Assembly (NCBI RefSeq): GCF_009914755.1
Contig: NC_060930.1
DNA from: the human T2T-CHM13v2.0 reference genome, Homo sapiens
DNA: 64,000 nt
Direction: 5' to 3' (one strand)
Position 1 is the first letter of the stretch; each line of letters opens with the position of its first letter. The notes beneath the pieces are model-generated. The model was not told where the DNA came from, made no database searches, and worked only from the letters and a program-made list of their open reading frames with translations. Positions 32,201-45,500 of this stretch are shown one piece after another. A program made the position numbers and the translations under genes.

Positions 32201-32934
32201 ACTTCATTGCATTAAACACAGTTTAAAATTAAACTACACATATCCTTAAAATTTATCTGTGGGAGCAGGAGAAATAAAACTAAGAAGAATGGTTGGTTTT
32301 ATTAAAATCCCTTTCCTAATGTCATTGAGCAGTACAACATGTTTATAATTAAAATGAATGAAACTTAACATTGGCTTTATTCTTTTGTGATTCCTGCACG
32401 TAGCATCCTTCTCTACCACATAGCACAACATTATGGACAACAGCATGAGAACCATCTTTAATTCTGCCTCCTGTTTCCAGTAACTCCAGCAATAGGAGTC
32501 AATGTTGAAGATAATATGTAAATAAATCACTAATAATTCAGCATTACCCCTAGGTGGGCTAGGGAAGAGCATAAATTATTTCAATGTACAGTCCAGTAAA
32601 TCCTTTGTTTTTGGTCTCTGATGCGTAACCATTAAAGATGCACCTTATTAAGAAATTCTTATGTAACATTTCTAGACATAAATGTCATCTGTCTTTCCAA
32701 AACTGTCTTTTAAAACAAACTCCTATTCAGCTATCTTTACATAGTTGAGTAGTATAGGACATTTGTTAAACATAAATGGAAAAAACCATATTCTTCAGAA
32801 ACAAAATATTATTCATATTAGAAGATCAAATGGAGACTTTTTGCTTCTCTATAATATTTTATTACTTCTCTGTTTTTCTTCTGATACTTCGGGCGAAACT
32901 GGTGCAAGCTAAGAGTTGAAAATCAATGCCTTAG

Positions 32935-33108
32935 GGCATGGGCTTTTAATACCACTACATATTAGAATCACCTTGAAATAGTAAATACATGAAAGCTGAC
33001 AGCCCACCTCAGAACATTTAAGTTATAATTGGATGGGGCCAGAATGTTTAGAGTTTGAAAAGTTTCAAGGTGTCTCTCATATGCATACACTATTGAAAAC
33101 TACTCTTA
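32935..33108. mobile_element. MER5-family MITE
   Basis: cattagaatcacct-like start, ggggcc, caaggtg..ttgaaaactact end. Confidence 0.55.
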
Positions 33109-33339
33109 AGAGGTAAGAAACCTAAACAAATAAAGTCTATTCTTAAAATTCAATTTTTCTACTTACTCTCCCATAGCAAATTCATGTATTTCCCACGATA
33201 TTATTTTTTTATTCTCCCCATATACCTTACAAAGAGGTCATTAGTACTCTAATTATATTTTGTCCTTCTCTTTAGGAAGTGTTTCTGTCAGGTATTATAA
33301 TTATTTTACTTTATAATTATAATGCAATAATATTTTGCA

Positions 33340-33840
33340 TTAAAAATTAATTAACACATAGAATGTACCAGGTATTGTTCCAAAAAACTTTTCCAATACT
33401 GAGTCTACAGCACTATTGCTATCTTCATTTCACAAACAAGGAACTTGGAGCATAGAGAAGGTCAAATAACTTGACTAAAAATCAGTCAGCTGTTAGGTAG
33501 CATAGACATGATACAACCCCAGAGCAGCATGGTGCTTCACTAATAATAACAAAATAATGAGTTGATAGTTATATAGCAATTAGAACAGCTCTGGCAAGTG
33601 TTAGGTTATTGCTTACTTTACTATTATCATTATGATCATTATTATTATTATTTACTGTGTGATTACCATGTGCTAGGCATAATGCTAAGAACTTTACATA
33701 GTTACATGGTTGTATATGCTTTATTTCATTTTCACCTCACAATATCCCTGTGAGATGAGAACACTTATTGCTGTAAGCAACTTGTTTCAGTCACCCAACC
33801 AATAAGCAGATGAGCCTGAACAAAAACCCATAGTTAAAAC
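33340..33840 (-). mobile_element. Two or more MIR fragments
   Basis: catttcacaaacaaggaactt..gagaaggtcaaataacttg; ttaccatgtgctaggc..tgctaagaactttacat..cctcacaatatccctgtgag. Confidence 0.65.
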
Positions 33841-34068
33841 CATGGCGTTTTTCTTTTTCATTTTGTATCCTGTACAGGATTTAATAATAGTTTTCTCAAA
33901 CAGTAGTAAACTATTATTTACTGAATTGAATTAAATTGAATTTGTATATCTATGATTCAAACTTAGTTACATTACTTTGCAGTAGAGACATTTTCCTTTT
34001 TTTATATATATTTGTGTCTGTCTTATTTAATATCTCTTAGCCTGACGTTCTTAAAAAATATCAGTTTA

Positions 34069-35160
34069 TCAGATGAGTAGATTGCAAAAATTTTCTCCCA
34101 TTCTGTAGGTTGCCTGTTCATTCTGATGGTAGTTTCTTTTGCTGTGCAGAAGCTCTTTGGTTTAATTAGATTCCCTTTGTCAACTTTGGCTTTTGTTGCC
34201 ATTGCTTTTGGTGTTTTAGACATGAAGTCCTTGCCCATGCCTATGTCCTGAATGGTATTGCCTAGGTTTTCTTCTAGGGTTTTTATGGTTTTAGGTCTAA
34301 CATTTAAGTCTTTAATCCATCTTGAACTAATTTTTGTATAAGGTGTAAGGAAGGGATCCAGTTTCAGCTTTCTACATATGGCTAGCCAGTTTTCCCAGCA
34401 CCATTTATTAAATAGGGAATCCTTTCCCCATTTCTTGTTTTGGTCAGGTTTGCCAAAGATCAGGTGGTTGTAGATGTGTGGTATTATTTCTGAGGGCTCT
34501 GTTCTGTTCCATTGGTCTGTATCTCTGTTTTGGTACCAGTACCATGCTGTTTTGGTTAGTGTAGCCTTGTAGTATAGTTTGATAAACTGGATTAAGAAAA
34601 TGTGGCACATATACACCATGGAATACTATTCAGCCATAAAAAAACGATGAGTTCATGTCCTTTGTAGGGACTTGGATGAAGCTGGAAACCATCATTCTCA
34701 GCAAACTATCGCAAGAACAAAAAACCAAACACCACATGTTCTCACTCATAGGTGGGAACTGAACAATGAGAACACATGGACACAGCAAGGGGAATATCAC
34801 ACACTGGGTCCTGTTGTGTGGTAGGTGGACAGGGGAGGGATAGCATTAGGAGATATACCTAATGTAAATGACAAGTTAATGGGTGCAGCACACCAACATG
34901 GAACATGTATACATATGTAACAAACCTGCACGTTGTGCACATGTACCCTAGAACTTAAAGTATAATTTAAAAAAAAAAAAATCCATCATTCACATAACCT
35001 TAAGCCAATGACCTCCACAAGCTTCACTTTCCTTATCTGTAAATTCAGATAATGGTACTTACTTCACAGGACCATTTGGAATCTAAGGAGTTAATGCATG
35101 TAAAATACCTAGGACATAAAGCGTCAATAAAACAGCTCTTTTATCTCAAAAAAAAAAAAA
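34069..35160 (+). mobile_element. L1PA4/5-like insertion with inverted 5' segment (34069-34582), sense 3' end (34580-34981) and 3' transduction (34982-35147) plus second poly(A)
   Basis: Minus-strand ORF2 piece joined via tga microhomology to the plus-strand 3' end; two poly(A) runs; TSD aaaaaatatcagttta (34053-34068) / aaaaaaaatcagttta (35153-35168). Confidence 0.9.
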
Positions 35161-35261
35161 TCAGTTTAGTTAAATAACGGTTTATCTCTTTGGGAAATGT
35201 AAGAGAGAAAACAGTCTAGAATTGCGACATCACTGTCTTTTCACCAAATACAGAATATGGG

Positions 35262-35840
35262 TGTGGTAGGCAGCTTCTAAGGTGACCGCCAATGATCTCT
35301 GACTCTTGGTATTCCTACTGTTGAGTCTGGATTGGATTTAAAGACTTGTTTTTAATGAATGGAAAATATCAGAAATAATGGGATATTACTTTTGAGATTA
35401 AGTTATAAAAAGAAAGTATCTTCAGCCTTGAGCTCTGAGTGTTGCTATTTCTCTCTTCAACCCCCTATCTCAGTGGAAAAACAGCCTATTGCGAGCACCC
35501 CTATGAGGAGAGAGGTCCATCTGAAGATGAATTGATATCTCTCATCAACAGCCGGTAAAATTCTGAGGCCTGCCTATAGCTACATGAGTGAGTGTGAAAG
35601 AGCGTCTTTTGAGGCCTACTGTCAGTCCCTTTGACAAGTTTTGGGGTGGATTATCTTCCAATTCAGCTTTAAGATGACTGTGGCTAAATAACATCTTGGA
35701 TAAGCTGATTCACTTCGGTGTCCTTAGAGACCTTGAGCCAGAGGAACAAAACTGAACTACATTCACAATTGTGAGATAAGTTTTTTCTTAAGACACTTCA
35801 TTTGGGGATAAATTTTTATGCAGCAATAGATAACTAATAA
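35262..35840 (+). mobile_element. MLT1F-like MaLR solo LTR
   Basis: tgtggtaggcagcttctaaggtgac..ccaatgat start; tgtgagataa..tatgcagcaatagataactaata end. Confidence 0.85.
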
Positions 35841-36573
35841 TTTATATTTTGGTTATGTGATATATGTGAATTCATTTTGGAATCTTCACATAAACTTCAA
35901 ACAGATAGATATGTATGCAGCTAGAACCAAATAAAAACAAAGGCCTACATTACTGAATATTGGGAAAGATGTGATTTTTATGTAAATGCAACATATGTGC
36001 AGATAACAAAAATGTGACCAATATGAATCCTGAAATGAAAGACAGGAGCAGGCACTATGAATTACTGGTTTTCATGTACAGTGAGGCTTCTGTCACAGAC
36101 CAATTCTCCACAGCATATTCTAGGTTAAATGCAGGAAGAATTTTTTTTTTTAAGTAAAGGTGCTTGATAATTCTCCTTATTAATGCCAAATATGTCAGTA
36201 GGCTTTCCACAAAAAAATAAGGAATGGTACATCATTTTCTTACTTTTTATTTATAAAACTAGAAATATTCATTACAATTATAAAAATTGATTTGGATAAC
36301 AAAGCATTTAAAATTGATATGGATGAAAAAGCATTGTTAATATCTTATTCTAAGTATTTAGTGGGATGATAAGATTTTTGTTTCAGTAGTTCTAACAGAA
36401 CCAAGTCATTAATTAGGGAAATGATAGTCCTTCAAGGACATCATTAGAATGATGAGCTTCTGCTTTCAACAAAGAGAGAAGCCAGAGAACCGAAGTAACT
36501 CAAATTTGATACAGATTCACAAAGGATCAGAAGTTCAAAACATACTAATGCATATGAACATTATATTAGAGAC

Positions 36574-36859
36574 CACTGCATCCCAAACTGGTATTTTACC
36601 TAATAATATATAAGCAGTTATAATATTTTTAAAAATGATTCCTGCTCAAATAAGTTTGAGAAAAAAATGCTGGTTAGACAGGCTTGTTAATTGTAGGGCT
36701 CTCCTGTGCTTTAAATTACTAATACGCACGATTAATCTCTAAGAGTGAACCAAGAAACAGCATTTCCTACCTTCATTTGAGCATTGAGATTTTTGTGAAG
36801 GCTAAACAATTAGCCTCGCCCAGAGTAATGTTCCATGGAACAATAAATGAGGAACACTC
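36574..36859. mobile_element. MER103C-like hAT MITE
   Basis: tcaaataagtttgagaaa..gctttaa..ctaat..cagcatttcc..atttga..tgttccatggaaca. Confidence 0.6.
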
Positions 36860-37317
36860 TTAAGTATCATAATTCAAAGAGTTCACAGTAAGCTACAAGA
36901 AAGCAGGAACCACCTTTAGCCACTCCCAGTGTACTCCCAGTACTAAGTACAGTACTGACAGTGCAGGCTTTTACTAAGAAATTACTGATGAATGAATGGA
37001 TAGACACCCCCAAACTGTAAGTTGGAAAGTATTAGCTACATGCATATATTATTTTCAATTGTAGCCTTGCATCAAATAATGATTTATTTCTCTTCATCTT
37101 TCTACCAGCATCTCAATGCAAGGTCACTTCAGAAGTCTGGAGGCTTCTATAACAGCACACAGGATCAAAGGAAGGACCCTCCACTCAAGAATAATCTGTC
37201 ATGACTGCGGCTAATATCAACATTATCCAAGACCTTATTTAGGTTCCTTGAAAGCTGGTATCTGTGCAGCTTCCATTCAGGTGGAAGGTACTGAAATAAT
37301 CATAGACTGGCAAAAAT

Positions 37318-37642
37318 GGCCAAGCGCAGTGGCTCACACCTGTAATCCCAATACTTTGGGAGGTCAAGGCGGGCAGATCACTCGAGCTCAGTAGTTCGAA
37401 ACCAGCATGGGCAACATGGGAAAACCCTGTCTCAACTGAAATAAAAAAGTTAACTGGACATGGTGGCATGCACCTGTAGTCTCAGCTGCTCAGGAAGCTG
37501 AGGTGGGAGGATCATTTGAGCCTGGGAAGTCAAGGCTGCAGTGAGCTGTGATCCGGCCACTGCACTCTAAACCTGGCAACAGAACGAAACCTTGTCAAAA
37601 CAAAAACAAAACAAAACAAAACAAACAAACAAACAAACAAAC
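37318..37642 (+). mobile_element. AluJ with (CAAAA)n/(CAAA)n tail
   Basis: gaggtgggaggatcatttgagcctggga..aggctgcagtgagctgtgat (J diagnostics). Confidence 0.92.
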
Positions 37643-38242
37643 TCTATTTTTAAGTCCTCACTGCTAAATGCAAAATTTTCTACCACAGGGTGGTAGTAAT
37701 AGATTTCTGTTATTGAGAAGACCCTCCTCCCCACCCACCCCCCCCCCAAAAAAAAAAACAAAAACTTTTCTCTCCTGGTATTTAGTACTTCCTTCTTTTT
37801 TTTCTCTTTTATCAGGAAAACTGATATACTATTTTCAATGAGTTTTGGATTTTCTAAGGGCACACACAGAGAGAATAACTTTAGGCTACTTCTTGAAGAT
37901 ATAATTCAATGATTTTTAACCAATATTTATGCCATCCAGCATCACCTGGAGTATAGCCAATCAAACAAAGCATATGAACCAAGTAATCACACAATATCTG
38001 CATTGATGTGTTGCCTACATGCAGCAGAATGATCTGGATAGCTCACCAAAAACATAATTCATATATACCTTTTTTACTCCATTTGCCAACATACTTTATT
38101 TCAGAGAAATTTTAAATTATATCTCAGCTGTTTCTCAGAGCTCCTTTGTGGAAATTACATCCTGGTTTCTGTTCCATACTTGAGTAGACTACAGGCTTTC
38201 CAGTACATTGTCCATTGGACCAAAATCTGGAGCAAGAGAAAT

Positions 38243-38460
38243 AGTGTTATGGTAGTCAGGACACAGTAGCTGGAGCCAAACTATCTCAGTTCAAATTTTC
38301 GCTCTGTCACTTACTAAGTCTTTATCCTTGAACGTATTATTTAACCTCTTTGCCTCATTTTCCACAACTGTAATCAAAGGGAGTAGTAATAGTATGAGTT
38401 AGGGTCATCACTTAAATTGAGTGTATTAATACATGCATCACTTAGAACAGGTGTGTGGTG
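38243..38460 (+). mobile_element. MIR
   Basis: ctggagccaaact..gttcaaat..gctctgtcacttacta..ttatttaacctctttgcctcattttcc. Confidence 0.75.
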
Positions 38461-38498
38461 TATATATCTATATCTATATTTATATATCTATATCTATA

Positions 38499-38787
38499 CA
38501 ATCATCCCTCAGTATCCTCAGGGGATTGGGTTCAGGACTGCCCGCATATACCAAAATCCATGCATACTCAAGTCCCGCAGTCAGCCTTGTGGAAATCATG
38601 GACAAAAAATGTTGGCCTTCCATATATGCGGATTTAGCTTCCTGCAAATACTATGTTTCTATCTGATTTTGGCAGATGAATGTGAATGAGGAACCCACCT
38701 ATAGTGATGGCCAACTGTAATTATTGAAAAAAATCTGCATATAAATGGATCTGCCTAGTTCAAACCATGTTGTTCAACGGTAAACTG
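38499..38787. mobile_element. MER2B/MER8-type Tigger MITE
   Basis: TA|caatcatccctcagtatcc..ggggattgggttcaggac..ctcaagtcccgcagtc..gttcaaacc.tgttgttcaa..aactg|TA. Confidence 0.85.
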
Positions 38788-39403
38788 TATATCTCTTCTG
38801 GACTCTCCATTTGGAAACACATGGACCCAGAGGATTTCTTCCTTTGCTTGTTTATTTTTATGTGAGTTTGGGCCCACATTTATCTCTATTGGCTGATCCA
38901 GAAGATTCACAGAGGTTATGTTCTTCATCTTGCTATCCCAACCGTCAGGTCCAAGACTTTGTATTATCTTTTTCTCTTACTTCATTGACTTGTAGATGCC
39001 CCTGGTCCTTGATCCATCTTTGTGAACTTAATGATTCAAACTCTGTTGTTTATAGCAGGTTTAAAAGAACAGCTCTTATTACTAGATGTTCAGAAAAATA
39101 TAAATTTTATGTTTCTATTAAATTTAGAAGATTCTACCCATTTTTAGCATTAAAAAATATGAAATGTTTATTCAGATAAAAATTTAGTCCAATGTAGATA
39201 GATATACAGTGTCTTCTAGGTAAAAATGTTTAGTCTCCCAGACACCTTTCCTTCTTAGTTTTTGTCTCCTTAAGATAGTGCCTATTCATAGGGGAGGGGT
39301 TGGGGGGATAAATGGAACTTATTTTATAAGGTTTCATGGTGGTAGGGGAAGCAAACAAACAAATACCTTGAGTGCTATGTCCTCAGATTTCTACGGTTTC
39401 CAA

Positions 39404-39450
39404 AGAATTGGTTATGTGCTGTTGGCACAGAATTGGTTATGTGCTGTTGA
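39404..39450. repeat. 25-bp-period tandem duplication
   Basis: agaattggttatgtgctgttg at 39404 and 39429. Confidence 0.9.
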
Positions 39451-41999
39451 CATCTGCTAGTGATCACTGCTGATTCTGTATCGAGTGTGAGTCTCTCAGC
39501 TTAGAAAGCATGTAAAAGTGATCATGTGATCAAGTGATCTTCATCAAGTGGAAGGTTCACCTCAGCTTCCACTGCACCTGTCACTTATGAGCTCTCACTA
39601 TAATTTCATTTTCCTTCATCTGGGGATAGCAGGTAGTGATTCCTAACCTTTTGTGCAAAGACCTCTGACTTCATACAGTTCTCCCAGCAGCCTCTTGGTA
39701 AATTCTGAGTCCTATTGTAACTCTGGAACCCAGGGTGGTTCCAAAAGGCTACAACATAGGGCCTTTTCTCCCTGACCTGTTGCATTGCTAAGTAATTATA
39801 GCTGAGCCCCTAGTGATTCAAGTAAACCTTCAAGAAGAACCTCATCCCAGACTCCTGGACTATGGGCAAGAGTTTTCTCCTCATTGTTATTCCTTCAATA
39901 TATGTAACATACCTCATGGATAAGGATGGCTCTTATATTCTTATATAATCCTAAATTAAATGTCAACTATTAAGTATTATCTCTGACATCATCTTTATAT
40001 TCCCTCCATCCTTATTCTCAAGCAAATGAAAGCTATACAACAACATAGGGAGGTACTCAGAAATGCAAATGATGAAAGCATAATGTCCCCTCGTGAACAC
40101 GAAAACAAGTTCCTGGTAATTTACGTGCATTTTGTGGTACCGCCAAATCCCAATCAGGAAAATAAGTACTGTGTATTGAAATTGTACCTCTGATTTCAAA
40201 ATTAAAACATAAAAATTTTTAGTAGTTATATAATTATGTTAGTTGCATGAAATTTGTTTCTAAAATATGACTTTGACAAAGATATATATAGGACACATAG
40301 TAATCAAAACAAAAGTGGCAATTTTCTCGGTAGTACTATCTACCCTCATGGGCTATTCTATGGAATTCCTTTCCCTATTGTTTTAGGTAAGCCGTCAGTA
40401 TATCTGTTTTGCAAAGAAAACAATGATACTGGGATTTTAGTACAACTCATGTCACTTAGTTTCCATGTCTATTTCTTTATATGAGTTATTATTTCCTTTT
40501 AAAACTATCATTTATGTATCATGATAGATTCAAAATATATCTAAATACACGTTGCTTATTATGAATACTAAAGTTAAGTAATGCAGAATTTATAGATTCA
40601 TACTCCAGTTTAAAATTAGGTAGCTTACATAGGGGCATTTATATTGTTTCATGGAAGCAAGTTTATTAGTGCTTTCCTTTCAAGCATAGCCTAAATACAT
40701 TAAGATTAAATACATTAAGGTTAATTTGAGAGTAGTTTTAATTCCATAGGAACATACATTAGCCATATCTTTTCATCTGGAAAAAATTATAACAATAGCA
40801 AAACAATAAGTCTAATAATGTCTACAAAGAAACCATATGAGATTAGAAATATGAAACCTTGTATAAATCCCTCTTATCAGTCCCCATACAATTGTCTGAA
40901 TCCCCATGGCTACAGTCAATTATGCTTTTTTTTCCCCCACAGAGATACCAGCACCAGTAAGAGAACAGTTTATTCTGCCTCTTGCAGTGATTTTTGTGAA
41001 TATCTCAAAATATCGATAATAAGAAATGGGTCCTGTCAATCAATGCATCTGATGGATGCTAATTCTATCCAGAAAACAATATTAACCTTTTCCACTGTAA
41101 GCCTATCAAATACTAGAGATCTAAGATGGAATAATAGCTCAAAATGAATTTCTCCATGAAATAAAAATAGAACTGCTTGTTAATTTTTCTCGAAACACAG
41201 ATTAGTAAAACTGCAGCTGTTTCAAGAACTGAATTTGTGGGAAAATGTCAAGTGTGAGACATTTTTCTTTCTTGACCAATTAAAAGTAATAACATGCCAA
41301 CTTTGAGAATAATAGTGTGGGAAATAGTGGCAGTTTTTAAACTTTGTAAATAGAAATATCAAAACATATAATTAGTTTCAAATTTTTGGTTAATTAAACA
41401 CAAATACCTATTTATCTGTTGTATTTTGCTTTCATAGTGGGCTTATAATGTTGGTATGAAGAAAATAAAAATAGCTTTATTGTTACAGCCTATGTAACAA
41501 AGCATGACAAAAACATCCAGATATCTAATTTCTCATTGGTCTGGGTCTTTCGCAGTGTGGATGCATAATTTTGTTATCAAATTGAATGGATATTTTTAAG
41601 GATATAATTACATGTTTCTTGGGGAAGTTCAACAATTTAAAGTATCTTGTCAATGTTTTATATTTTCCATTCCTCCAAAACTTAAAATTAAGTAGTGAGT
41701 CACTGATTCAACAAGATGTACACAAAAGTATGTCTACTAGTATAAATTATAAATGTGAAACTATAGTTTAGAACTCTCATCATTAAAGTTATTGGGTTAT
41801 AATAGAAACACATGTAATACATGTAAAAATGTATAACACAAGCTCAAGTTGAGTTATAAAAACATGTTTTGCTCATGAAATTTAATTTTTTACTAAATTT
41901 GATTAGTTGAGGCTTTTAAATAAACATAAACATTAATGAATTAAATAATGTATAATTCCACAAATGTTTTCTCCACATGCATCTTATGCTATGGAAAAA

Positions 42000-42900
42000 T
42001 ATTTATCCATTCTTTCCACAAATATTTATTGAGCTTTGAAATATGCCAGACACTGTTCTTGGAAGCAAGAACACATGAATAAACAAAAACATTCTAAATG
42101 CTGGCCTTTGTGGTACTTGTGCTCATGTTTTGTATATTAAATAAAAAAGACAAAAACTATTTTTGTGACATTTGCAGTTTGTGGTTAAGCAGGCAGTAAA
42201 CTCTTCTTCACACAAGTCAACAGGGGAAGCACAGGTTGTAAATATCTGAATGAAAGAGTGATGTGATACAGAATAATGTGTGAAGGCCCATTGTAGGGAA
42301 GAGACAGGGAAGCCTTTTTGAAGTGATAACTCCATGGCGTGACACACTTTTAAGTTTGCCTAAGACAGTTTTAATTTACATTTGTTGTCCTAACAGTCTG
42401 TCAGAGTAGCCTTTGCTCCACTCAAATATTTAGGAGAATGACTAAGGTAAAGTAGTAGACTGATTGTAAGCATTGAAGCAGGTTCGGTAAGGGATGGTTT
42501 TGATTGGGTTTAGGGTGATAGTAACTGAGATTCAGAAATGTGGATACACTTGATACAAATACTCTAAATAATCTTCTTTTCCATTCCTGTATTTAAGTCC
42601 CTTATCTATTCAAAGAATAAGTAGCATTCAAGACTCTAAAGTTCAAATAACAGAATGATACACCACTTCCTGCTTTAGAGGCTCACAGCCCATCTGAAAG
42701 AGACAGACAAATAAACACATGCATATAACTTAGAGCTACAGGAATCCTAGTGTAATTGGCAATGGGTAAGTGGATCACCAATGAAAGAGAGGTGAATTCT
42801 AACTATATTCAAAAACAAAAAAGATTCACAGAGTAATGGACCATGGACTTGAGATTTAGAAGTGAATGAATGATGGTCATTTGTCAATTGGGATAATATC
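42000..42900 (-). mobile_element. L2 fragments
   Basis: cattctttccacaaatatttattgagc..tatgccagacactgttct; cctgctttagaggctcacag..agacagacaaataaac. Confidence 0.65.
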
Positions 42901-43859
42901 TCTGTAAGGTGTATGAGGTCCTAACTTTGGTGAATGAAAACTACAATTTGCCTTCATAAATTGCTTACATTTTTTCTGAAGAAAGATAGTTTTATAATTC
43001 CATCTATTAATATTTCTTTGAACCCCCTGTTACCTGAGAAGGCAATCTATTTTGAAATGAAAATAATAGAAGCTTAATACATTAACCTGGAAACACTTTA
43101 TAATACATATCACACTGAAGAGGTCCTACATAAGTACTCTTCTGTTCATTTTAAACTTGAGCTTTATTATCTGTTTTTTGTAAACCCCAGAGCTTTCTTA
43201 ATGAGCATTATGAAAAATCTTTTAAATAAGACAAAAACATTTTAGGTTTCTATTCCTTTTTTTCCCTCAGTGCTTTCAAAGAAATTTCTGAGCATAACCT
43301 GTTGTATAAATTATACTAGCAGGTTATGATTGTTTGGGGTACTTCCTTGATTTTTCACATTTAAAAATAAAACTGCTCATGTTTTTTTTGTTTGTTTCAA
43401 ACAGCAAGTAGAAAAATTGTCATACAGAATGTTACCTGTAAACTTTATCTTTGTTCATGTTTTAGATTTTTTTCCTTGATTTGAATGACTTTTTTTTTCT
43501 TTTCAGGTACTTATATGTGAATTATTTTCAAATTGTACTTTTTAAGCAATAGATGCGGAAAAAATAGGAATACTGACTTATTATGTCCTCAAAGTCTCCT
43601 CTCAACAAATACCAGGAGATTTCCAGTTTTCTCTTACATAGTTTGGTTGGAATTAGCTCTGTTTTGATTAATACTCATGAACAATGTGTTTGTTCTGCCC
43701 TCTTTTTTAAATATGGGAGGGAGTTGATGTTGGTAATTATTTATTATTTCTCTCAACTTTGCTATAAAACAGGAGGAATTTCATTCAACTTCCGATCACA
43801 TTTGAATTAGATACCAGAAGACTAATAATAAGTAATTTTACAATGTTGATGTGCGGGCA

Positions 43860-45500
<1,641 letters not shown>

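Noticed and set aside
34023-34619. 198-aa chimeric ORF crossing the L1 inversion junction
   Set aside because: By-product of the inversion: an antisense ATG happens to be in frame with an ORF2 fragment; no promoter or expression evidence
39404-39450. Short direct repeats (also 2245-2290, 17860-17910) as CRISPR-like arrays
   Set aside because: Only two adjacent copies, no unique spacers, primate DNA; simple slippage duplications
40921-41147. Strong acceptor (tttttttcccccacag) within a 109-aa ORF
   Set aside because: No good matching donor and no recognisable protein similarity
43485-43512. Strong acceptor followed directly by GT (possible recursive splice site)
   Set aside because: The reconstituted donor gtactt is far from GTAAG/GTGAG; poly(T)-CAG is common in AT-rich DNA
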